In this document: positions 52,482-64,000 of the stretch, piece after piece
Layout: the number at the start of each line of letters is the position of its first letter
Numbering within the stretch: position 1 is the stretch's first letter
Assembly: GCA_905331295.1 (NCBI GenBank)
Contig: CAJNYD010000096.1
Span: 1-64,000, forward strand
Origin: Rotaria socialis
Taxonomy: Eukaryota
Length of the DNA stretch: 64,000 nucleotides
Reading direction: 5' to 3'
Notes under the pieces: generated by a model
The model's input: only the letters and a program-made list of their open reading frames with translations
The model's database searches: none
Told to the model about the DNA's origin: nothing
Program-made: the position numbers and the translations under genes

Positions 52482-52731
52482 TTACTTGCATAATCATATT
52501 GAATAAATGTATCAAACTTATTTCATAACTTTCATGCTCTTTCAATTCATTCGTGTCTTTTTAATTTCCTATCTTGTAAGATTTGAGTTCTAGACAATGA
52601 AGTCATTTAAATATAATAGATCTTTGATTCTAATGGTAAATCAATCTTCGTAAATTCGTTTTGTTTTTATTTTCTAGAAAGAAATTTTTTGTTACTTCTA
52701 GTTAATAATGGAATAGTTTATCCATATAATA

Positions 52732-55700
52732 ATGACTCAAGAAAATGTTATTACAAAATGTGACGAATTAACGATAGTTTTAAATCATATATTGGATCGT
52801 GATGCTGATCCGTATAAAGCGCAAAATCTCATCGATGAACTAGTCAATATGAGTTCTTCATTGACCAAGGCTGAGACTAAAAAAGTGCTTCGTAGCATTT
52901 TTTATCCATATGGCACCCTCGTACTTACAAATCGGCATAGGGTACGAACGACGAAAGAAGATATTCGAACTAGAAATATACATAAAATCATTGTTTCACT
53001 ATTTTTTTTTGTTTTCTTCAAATTCATTAGACGCTCGCTATGAAAATGGCAAAACTTATGGAATGGTGGTTAAAATCAAAATCAAATGATGGATCACAAA
53101 GACCTCTGATGGATTTAATATGTGAACAACGAATCATTTTAGTAAGAAAAAACTCCGATGGTTCAACTACTCTCGAGTGAGTATGAAAACAATTATTTTC
53201 GAAACAGAGATTATAAATCTATATGTATTAAATTGTCTTTAGACAGCAAGAAAATCCAAATAAAACTATGGATCTCTCACATTTGATGTTGTTATTTAAT
53301 GTTTATGATTGTACAGGAAGTGAAATGAATGCATTAATCAAACTTCTCATCGAATGTTTACTATATACAGAAAGTAAACTGGGTGATATGCGACAATATT
53401 TAATTGAACCGGACTGCTTTAAATGTTTATGGCTACTTTATTTCGATCCATTACGGATTAAACGCGTTCTTGAAGGTGATGAGCTAGTACAAAGAGAAGC
53501 AGTTAACAAAGAAGAATACCAATCTTCATCAAAACATCAAATCTATATTCAATGGACAGATGATCTTAAAGATAAATATATTGATGGCAACATTACAAAA
53601 CGTCAACGTGTCAATATGATTGTTCACGAAGCATTGAATGCTTGCAAAAGAAAACAACAGCTACTATCACTATTGCAAAAGATACAATTCAATCGAAGCC
53701 ATACGATTTATGTATTGCAAACTTGGATAAACTTATTTCGTCATTTGATTAGTATAAAATATGTAGATATTGAGATAATTGAACTTGTATTCGAACGTCT
53801 ACCAGATCTGAATATAACAAATGCTTCTGCTGAATTAAATCAATTAATTCTTGATCTTCTTGAAATGTTACCACAATTTAATGATGCAGAACAACTAGTT
53901 TATGTTGGAAATCAAATAGTTCGAATGATTCAAAACTTAATGGTTAGCGAAAAACTAAAGAATAAAATCGAGCTTGTCGAAGAATTAATGAAAAGAATTT
54001 GTGCAAGTACGCCTGTGAATAATATACAAGGTCATTATTGCTTCTTCTTTTTACTCAAGGATCTTATTCCATTTTATGATAAGCATAATGAGATTCGATT
54101 AATTAAAAGAATTGATCACGAAACAATATTATGGTATGCTGATGACATTCTACAGAAAAAAACTGTCAGTCAACCAATGGCTGAACATTGCCAGACTCTT
54201 TTAACTCTATTGCAATATGTAACAATGTATACTGACGATAATTATCTGGAAGATTGGTTTCAACGTATTCAAATTCCAAGTCATCAAAATGCTGAATTTA
54301 TTTTTCAAATGATAACATATTCAATTTATTCAAGTAGTACATTAGCAACTTACGTACGACAAATTACAGATGAAAAAATCAATGCGTTTTTGAAATGTAT
54401 TCAAATACCGATAGCTTTCAAATTTATTTCTATTTTATTAACTATCATTGAAGCGTTAGTTAATAGCGCACAAGCACATATTATTCTTTTTCGATCGGAT
54501 GATTTCCATCGAATATTAGAAGATTGGCTACTATCAGAAACATCACCATCAATAATCATGCGGCTTTTAGTATTATTATTTAATGTTGCTGATTCCGGAC
54601 ATAATCAATATTCTGTCAAAATTGCCGATTTTTTTCTTGGTAATTATGCATCCAAATTTTTTTCAATTCACTTCGAAGATCAAAGTCCATTTGCTAGTAT
54701 TATTCGTTTTCTTTTATCGATTTCGAATAACAATCAAATCAATGGTTCTTCTTTACATGATAAAGTTGGACATTTAATCAAAGATCTGTTTCTACAGATT
54801 GAAGAAATCATCGATGAAGATGATGATAATCTTTACAAAACATTCTCATTGCATCTGCTTAGTCTCAGTAATGAGATTACTGACGAACAAGTACGAACAA
54901 AGCTTGTTATATTACTTTCACCATTCATACCCGATATGATGGCTTTACTAGGTCAATCTGATCAATTAAAATATGCAAGTATCAAGCTTCTTGGTAAGAT
55001 ACTTGAATTATCTGAAGACGAGCATTCTTTATTTGCTGAAAATTTTCAATATGGTTCTATACATGATGATACACTTAATCATACAAATGATACTCTACAA
55101 CAGCAACAACAACAGCAACCCAATAATCTCTTCTTCAGCTCAGAAGTGGCAAATCGATTAGAGATTCCTCTTGTACGGCATAGTGATTTTATTCATGGAA
55201 ATCAATTCTTGAAGAAATTAGAACAAGTTGAACAGCGAATAGGTGATAAATTGCTTCGTGAACGTTTAACACAACAACGTTCGGAAAATTTAAATCTATC
55301 AATCAAAGACGACCAATTCAACCATCTTGTTCTCACTCCGACAACTTGTGAAAATATATTTAAAGTACTTGAAGTACTTGATGATCCAATTCCAATACTA
55401 CTCGAAGGTAACACTGGCGTAGGTAAAAGTGCTACTGTCATGGAAGCATTTCGACAAGCATGCATGTGCAAACCTCAACTACAATCTCGTACATTTTTTC
55501 GATTTAATATGTCATCGCATGTTACCGTTGATGATCTTCTGGGCAAAGTGATGCTTGCGTTCGATAAAGAAACATGCATGACAAATTTTCGATTTGTTCA
55601 TGGCCTATTTACTAGAGCTTTTGTGAATGGTCATTGGATCCTATTTGATGAACTTAATCTTGCTCAAGACACTGTTCTTCAAGCCATTGAATCAGCACTA

Positions 55701-58700
55701 GATACACGTCGTCTAACCATTAATAATAATAGTTCGACTCAAGATTCGATAATTGTTTACCAAATGCATGATGATTTTCGATTGTTCGCTACACAAAATC
55801 CTAGTACTGGCTTCTTTAAAGACAAACGTGAAAAATTATCAAGTTCATTTCTCAGTCGTTTTCGACCATTGGTCTTTACTGAATTACCTGATTTTGAATG
55901 GCGTGACATTGTTCAACAACGACTAAAACCTTATCTCGGCAATGAAGCTGATCAATATGCAGATTTACTCGTGACTAATTTCAATAACAAAATAAAAGAA
56001 GCTTTATACGATTCAAGAAAAGGGTTCGCTGAATCTGGACCTTATGCTGAAATATCTATTCGTGAACTATTAAAATGGGTTAACCAGCTGATTTGGCAAA
56101 AACAACATGGATGTTGGCCAACTAATGCACAGGATCGTGGAAATATGCTCAGTTTTAGTGCGTGGTGTATCTATGGTGCACGATATCGTACTAATGGACG
56201 TACTATTGTTGAAAATATTCTTACTGACAATGGAAAGGGTGGCTGGGGCCGTCCAGCTCTCCAAAATATATCTATTCGTGTTGATCAAAAAGAAGAGAAA
56301 ATCTTTCTCGATAATATTCAATGTTCAGCGCGCATTAAAATTCAACCAATTGCTAATCCTGAACTTGAATGGTTCAATGTTTTTAAGATGGCTGGTCTCG
56401 AAACCATAAAATTCAATGCAGACATTTGGGCCATTGCATTCAAAGTTCACAATGCTGTTCATAAAATGTTGATAAATATTGACTTTATCTATTTACATGG
56501 TATCTATCGTATTGATTATTCTTGGTTATGGCATTGGCTTACTTCAGCTGCTCATCATCTTAATCAACGAAATGAGTTTGCAATACACGGCTGTAAATCG
56601 TACATAAGTCGTTTTCGCCATATCAAAGCACAAAATAAAGTGCGCTCATGCTTCATTGAACATTTCGAAGATGCCAATCTATCGGAAATAACATCAAAAG
56701 ATATAATGATACAACCAGATATGCCATATATCCTTACAGATCGTACCTTACAAACAATGAAACAAGTCTCTTTCGATATGAATATTAAACAACCCATATT
56801 AGTTACGGGTCCAGAAGGCTGTGGTAAATCTGATCTTTTACTAGCTCTTACTTGGCTTAATGGTCAACAAGTGAATCAATTGAATATTACACCAGAAACG
56901 GAACCATCAGCACTGATCGGTCAAATTCTTCCAAATGAAGCAAAAGATAAAAATGGTGCCAACAATGGTAAAATGTTAGATTGGAACCACGGTTGCGTTA
57001 CACGTGCTTATATCAATGGGCAATGGGCATTACTGGATAATTTCAATACAGCAGAAGCATCCGTGTTAGAACGACTTAATCCTATCCTTGAAGAGAAACC
57101 AATGCTTATACTGACTGAAAATGGTGAAATTGACGAACAAAACATGCATGACGATTATCGTCTTTTCGCAACAATGACACCACCTGATTCACGTTATTCA
57201 TCATTGAACGTAGGCGAACTTTCACCATCACTTTATAATCGTTTTGCTACTGTTCATATGAATGACATTGATAACAACTCTGATGAATTACTTCAATTAG
57301 CCAAAGGTCTTCTTTCCGATGATGTTGATTCACAATTAGCTGTTGATCTTTGCCGAGAAATCCTCGATTTTTTATCAAAAAATGCGGCGAATATTTCTAA
57401 AGTAACTCTACGTAATTTAGTACGCTTTTTTGATAGCACATATCGTCTTTATCAACGTTTTCAAGATAAATTTAATTTTGTTTCTATTCTTTGGACAGCT
57501 TATCATGTTACTATTGTCAATCAAATTAAAGGAGAACAAATAAAAATTCAAATGACTGAATCAATTAAAAGATTTCTTCGCCGAATGCAACCAAACTGCC
57601 AACTACGTCAACTACCATTCACTGATTGGATTCAACAAACAGATGAACATATTTTAACTTCAACTCGATTGAATTATGCTAATGCTGTATTGGGTGCTGT
57701 AGCTTGTAATATTCCTCTTCTTTTAGAAGGTCCTGCAGCTGTTGGTAAAACGACATTAATTGCGCATCTATGTAAAACTCTTGATAGTAAAAAAATGAAT
57801 CACATATCAAGTCAACAAAAACCAAAACTTGAACGAGTCAATAACACAGATACAACAACAATACAAGATTATTTAGGAACATATTTGCCTGTTAATGATG
57901 GATTTATTTTTCAAAAAGGTGCACTTTATCGTGCAATGGAAAATGGTTGGTGGTTTCTTGCTGATGAATTTAATTTAGCTGATCCGTCAGTAATGAATAT
58001 ACTTTTCCCATTACTTGAAGGTAAAAATTCGATTATGATACCAACAAGTGGAAAGATTATAACAGCTAAACAAGGTTTTCATTTTTTTGCTACACAAAAT
58101 GATTCATCTTATGCAAATAGACATCAACTACCGATATCATTACGTAATCGTTTTCTTGAAATACAATTTGATGAATTTCCTGAATCCGAACTATCAGAAA
58201 TTCTTCTTCGACGCAATCAATCCGATAAACAGAAACAAAAAAACTTGATAAATCAAATAGCGAATTCATTAGCTTCATTCTATCATCAATTGATTCAGAC
58301 GCCATCACGTATTACATTTCGTGAACTTATCAAATGGATTCGTCGGTATGAATTATTTTCATCTGGAAAGGATGTTTGGCCTATGGTTGGCGCTTCGCTT
58401 CTAACAAGTAAATATCCATTGGAGTCACCCATACGACAAGGCCTAATCAACGATTTAAAAACGAAATGGCCCAATATTAGCATACCGACAGGTTCACAAA
58501 TCGAAATAAAGGATGTTGGCGGTGGACTAGTTCGGTTTCGAGAAAATGATCTTCATGTTGATGTTAAGACAAGCGTTCTCTCTCAAAGTATCATATCAAC
58601 ATGGCCTCTAACATTTCAACGTACGTTAACTCGTATTGCTCAAGCTGTTCATGCCAATGAACCTGTACTTCTTATTGGCCCAACCTCATGTAAAACATTA

Positions 58701-61700
58701 ATTGTTGAAACATGGACTCGAGTATTGAATCGATATGATGAACTTGTCATAATACATTTAACACCTGAAAGTGAATCTGCGAATCTTGTTGGTGAAATTC
58801 AACCATATACATTTCTTGATCTACTTAAACGATTGCCAGCAATGGCTGAACGAGTTGTTCATCGTTTTCGAATTCTTTGCCAAAATCAGAATAGTGTTGG
58901 CAAATTATATCCCAATGATGAAGATTTTATCAATTCTCTTACGGATTTAATTACAAAAGATTTTAACGATGAAATCGATCAATTTGAAAAAGATTATTCA
59001 CATGAAAAAGAATTAAATCAACAAAAGGATGCACTTCATAATAATTTTGCTACGCTCAGAGAATACACTGAATCCTTCATGATGCCTTCATTTGATGAAA
59101 ATTCTATTGGTAAACTCGAAAATATGATTGAAACAATAACTAATTCAACAGAACCTCAACGCAAGTATACAGATTATGAATATTCTCCTCGTCTTTATCG
59201 GTATGATGATGATGATGATGATGATAATGTTGATAATCCTTTATCTAAAAGAAATCAGTCTACTATGAAATCCTATGAAAAATTGCAGTTAGAAGACGAT
59301 GGTTATGATGATTATGGATCAATCGATATAATATCAAATACTACGATCAATATCAAAGATAACTCGGCTACTGAACCTAATATATCTGTATGTCCAAAAA
59401 CAACTTGTGAGTTGTACGATGATTATGATTTAGCTTCTGATGTTGAAGAATCTGAATCAGCAGCAACGAATCAACGAGATTCTAATGAAATTACAACATC
59501 AAGTCAAAATACTTATCCAAATCTTATCAATAGTGCGGTGGGGGCGGCGTCATCAAATGTATTCGAGTCTCATTTTGAATCCCTTCCTATTCGGACTGTT
59601 AATCAAACTGATTTTCTTCCTAAAATTTACCAAACCGTTCGAAATATTCAACGTGGCTTTGAAAAAATGATTATAGATGTCAATTATTCTTCATTTTGTT
59701 CTACAGATGCAACACTTGTTGATTATCAAGCGAAATTTTCTAATGCATGGGAACGACTCAGTGATGAAAAGGTCGATCGAACTAGACCAATATTTATCTT
59801 TAATGATGGACCAGTAATAACAGCAGCAAAACGTGGCGGGATTCTTTTTCTTGAAGATCTCGATTTACCTAGTCAAGCAGTTGTTGAACGGCTTAATTCA
59901 ATGCTTGAACCGGATCCAACGTTAACACTTAGTGAAGATGTTACAACAGTAGCCGATAAAGGTCAACTTGATATATCTCTTTCAAAAACATTTCAAATAT
60001 TTGCTAGTGTTCATCAAGACGAAGCCCATCAACTACTAAAATTAAGTCCATCGACACGATCACGTTTCACTGAAATTCATGTACCAGCTTACAGTAAAAA
60101 TGAATTAGAAGATCTCGTTAGATTTGCATTGAATCAGCCAAATTCAGATACAAATGAGATTGCTATATTAGTTGAACAAATGTTTTCCTTACGTGAAAAA
60201 CTACGTACGGATCCTGAATGGAAATTACATAATGATATTCAATTATTATTTCGTTGGATAGATTTTATTAAAAACCATCACACGTCACTTTCATTAACAC
60301 ATCGAATGTTACTCGGTGCTCGTTTTTTCTGTTTTGATTTATTATCTACAGCACGACATACTATTCTGTTTGACGAATGGCTAAGTTCGTCGGAAAATTT
60401 TCATAACCTTAAAGAATTTAGTTTCATTTTTAAACAGCCTGATGCATTAGATGGCGCAATAACACTCGAATCAATTCAATCAAATGAAAGAATATTTCCG
60501 TTTGACGTCCACAGTGAGTATATTGGATTACGTTATACCGGTGTTCGATATTCATGTAGAAATGACAAAGATCTACAAATTATTCTTAATAAACTTCGTC
60601 AAGATTTCTTCTGTGTACCAACGCCAACATTAATCAATCAAATTGCACGTGTTTTTGCTGCAACATCATCAAAAGCTCCTCTTCTACTCGTAGGACCACC
60701 AGGAACTGGTAAAACTCAAGTAATAACACAAGTTTGTTCATTGTTAGGCAAAGAATGTGAAAGAATAAATCTTTCAGCAAATACGTCACTTGATCAACTT
60801 ATTGGTTGTATCATTCCACGTTGTGTAAATGGTATTCGTATTTTTCAATGGCAAGAAGGTCGAGTCTTATCAGCAATTCGAGCACAACATTGGATTCTAT
60901 TTGATGAATTAAATTTAGCCACTCCAGAAGTCCTCGAAGGTTTAGCTCCATTGTTCTATCGTGGTATAACTCATTATACAATTCGTAGTACTGGTGAACG
61001 AGTACCCGTCAATGATGTTCTTATTTTTGCTACAATGAATCCATCAACAGCTGGTGGTGGTAGAAGTAAATTGCCTCGCTCAATTAATAACTTATTTACT
61101 ATTGTTCAAATTGATGATTATTCCGAAGAGGAACTTCGGATTATTCTCAATCAATTATTTTCATTTGATCTTGAACATAACAATATCAATATGGCACAAC
61201 TTGATCAAATATTTAATATGCATGTTGCATTTAAATTACGTATCAGTGAAGGTGCTCTTGGCCGAACAGATGAGCCATATAAAATAAATTTACGTGACCT
61301 ATCAAAACTTCGTGATGTTTTTCGTCATTCAATAGACAATCAATTATCTCATTATGAATTTCTTAATACTATTGTTGATGAAAATATTAGTAATGAAGAT
61401 AATAATAATAATGAGACAAGAAAAATAACAAACGAGTTAAGTTCAACTTTAGATTCATCTACTGCACGTCTATTATCAATAAGAAAATTTGCACAAGTTG
61501 TTTATGCATGTCAATTTCAAGGCGAACAAGATTATATTAAAGCTTGTGAAATAATCAATCGTAAATTTCCCATCAGTGATAAAATTGAAGAGAAAAATTG
61601 TTCGATTGATATGTCATCACCAGCTGTTGTTCGGATCGGATCGATTTATATCAAAACAGGTTCCGAAGAGCCATCGACAACTGCTAATATTAATTTAATT

Positions 61701-64000
61701 CATACAAAGAAAACAATTAGTCAATTAGAATCACTAGCTGCCGCATGCCAATCGAAACGAACGATTTTACTTGAAGGAGATATTTGCACACGAAAAACAA
61801 CGCTCGTAATAGAATTAGCGCGTATAACACGTCATCGTTTAATCATAATTCCACTTCATGAAAATTATGAAACGACAGATTTAATTGGTTCTTGGTTACC
61901 GAATGTTGATCAAAAACGAGAACATCCATTATTCAGTAAAATTGAAATATTATTTAAACAAATTATTAAACAAATTCTTCTTCGTATTATACCATTATTA
62001 TCAGCAGATCGTAAAGAAAATGAATTTGATGAATGTAAAAAAATTCTACGTTCACGAACGTTGAATGAAAATTTAACTCGTGATGAACTACTTACTAATG
62101 AAATTAATGCATTAAAAAACATGATTAATTTATTGAACAGGTTTAGTAATGTACCTGGTGATGAAGCAAAAATATACGTTTCATGTTATATTCAACAAGC
62201 CATGGATTACATGAATAAACTTCGAGAATTTCAATCAAATACAGCACAAGAAATTGGTTTTACATTTGTTGAATCTGAGTTTGTTCAAGCTATTCGTGAG
62301 GGTTGCTGGGTTTTATTTGATAATGTTAATAGTGCGCCATCTGAAGGTCTCGAGAGATTAAACTCATTGACAGAAGATAATCCGGTATTATCATTATATG
62401 AATTTGCTGATGGACAAATTTTAACTAAAAAAGATAATCCAATAATATCATCGTATAAAAATTCCAACGGACAAATTTTAACAGAGAAAATCGGAATCAT
62501 TCATGAAAATTTTCGTTTATTTGCAACAGCTAATCTTAATCGAATTTATTCGAATAAACTTTCATCGGCATTTCTTAATCGAGTTATTCGTATTTGGTTA
62601 CCACCAATTGATGAATGTGATGAAAAAGATCCAACAAAAAGTGATCTATATGAATTAGTTTCTACTCAACTAATGAGTATTCCAGCTGGCAAACAACTTG
62701 CTCATTTATTACTTCTTATACATATTCATGTAAAGCAATACGTTAAAGATGGACAATTGGTTTATCCAACTGATTATCGCATTAGTTATCGTTTATTAGA
62801 ACAATGTGTTCGAACATTAATTTCTCTCGTTAATAAAGGTATTCATCCTGTTGACGCTTGTTATTCGGCAGTTATTCGTTCATATGGTTCATCTTTATAC
62901 AAGGAGCAACAATACCGATTTTTTCTTAAAGAATTACAAAAAACGATCGATAAATTAAATCTTCACTCTCCATCAATGATTTTTTCAACTCCATCTAACG
63001 AATCTGATGAAAAACGAGAACGTCATATTCAAGAAGAAACAATAATTCGTTTAGAATTTGTTGAATTCGAACGAATTTTCATAGAATATATTTTTAATTT
63101 ATTCAAAATTCTTATTCAAGATGAAAAAATGATTCATAAAACACGTAATCTTTTTATTTTATTTATCAATGAAATTCTCCTTCCAATGACAACAAACGAT
63201 TCTCAATTAATTCAATTAAAACAAACACTTCTAACAAAAAATGATGTTGACGTAAATCTTTCATTGATTTTAAATGAACTTGTTCAACAGAGAAAAATTC
63301 AACTTGAAAATTATAATGTCAATCTATCGAAAGCTGTAGAATTATTATGTGAAAAAAAGTCAATATCGATACGTGCAGCATCCGAACAATTATGTTTATT
63401 ATTAGATCGTTATATTCGTAATACATCATTCAATGATGCTAATCGACGATTAGAATTTCTTCAACGATCAATTCGAATTATTGAAACGTTTCATGATTTT
63501 TTTAGTTCAACTATATTCGATGATTTCAATCTAACAACTAGTATTAATCAACTAAGTACAGTAACCATTCGATTATTACGACCATTATTAACATTTAAAG
63601 ATCGGTTCATTTCGTATAATATGTTAACCGATACAGATTTTCTTCATATTAAACAACAATATTTTCAAGATACAAATAATGATTATAATATAAATGCAAG
63701 TCTATTAAAATCATTCGATCGTGTTCAATCATTTCCAATACGATCAGCACGAAATCACATGAGAAAACTTGTTGAACGTTTCATTAATGATGTTGATAAA
63801 CAATCGAAAATAAGAAAAACTATTCAACATTACGGAACAATATTAGAATGGATTCGAATACGTTGGACATTTGATGATTATTTAACAAACTCTATTCATA
63901 ATGTTTTACAGAAAAATGTTTCAATTACGCGACATTTTATTATCGAATGTGAATTAAAATTTTCGTGCACAGAATTAATTAGCGAAATATCAAGAATTAT
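52732..64000 (+). CDS. Giant midasin/Rea1-like protein with six tandem AAA (AAA_5/MoxR-type) modules; continues beyond the window
   Basis: Exons 52732-52941, 53031-53176, then 53243 to >64000, with all checked motifs in one frame. Walker A motifs: GNTGVGKS (~55407), GPEGCGKS (56808), GPAAVGKT (57729), GPTSCKT (58677), GPPGTGKT (60693), GDICTRKT (61776). Midasin-type GHWILFDELNLA, FRLFATQNP, ERLNSMLE, GGGRSKLP. Confidence 0.88.
62376..62489 (+). repeat. In-frame 57-bp tandem duplication within AAA6
   Basis: DNPVLSLYEFADGQILTKK / DNPIISSYKNSNGQILTEK. Confidence 0.85.

Noticed and set aside
54583..62500. Small ORFs listed in the track across the giant gene
   Set aside because: They are alternative-frame or antisense shadows of the long AAA exon.
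52732..64000. Assigning the symbol MDN1, RNF213 or dynein heavy chain
   Set aside because: Motifs are midasin-type rather than RNF213 or dynein, but the N-domain length, Walker motifs and inserts differ from canonical MDN1 and the C-terminus is not visible.
45665..64000. Bacterial contamination or a prokaryotic operon
   Set aside because: All three genes have phase-consistent GT-AG spliceosomal introns and host-like AT content.

Overview
AT-rich eukaryotic genomic DNA with many short (~45-70 bp) GT-AG introns. The gene families (ART-tail/TPR fragments, F-box, divergent GPCR) and TGTGGG/TGAGGG-like motifs suggest a bdelloid rotifer; this is an inference. Positions 1-40 kb hold conserved housekeeping genes (ZFYVE19/ANCHR, MEX3, TMEM115, TGFBRAP1/VPS39-like, vigilin) mixed with lineage-specific genes, pseudogenes and many MITE/foldback elements. 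These include a hAT MITE with a perfect 8-bp TSD, a hAT transposase relic, a palindrome array with exact 162-bp spacing and a minimal hammerhead ribozyme. After a TE-dense stretch (~41-45.6 kb) come three co-oriented, tightly packed, intron-poor genes: (1) a 961-aa coiled-coil rod whose only hydrophobic segment sits at its midpoint; (2) a 1111-aa NSF-like AAA+ ATPase with a coiled coil and a C-terminal Cys/His zinc module; (3) a giant non-canonical midasin/Rea1-like protein (>3700 aa in the window) with six AAA modules, which the ORF track misses because it runs off the window end. This trio is the best candidate for an undescribed system. All gene models were read by eye and no database searches were run.
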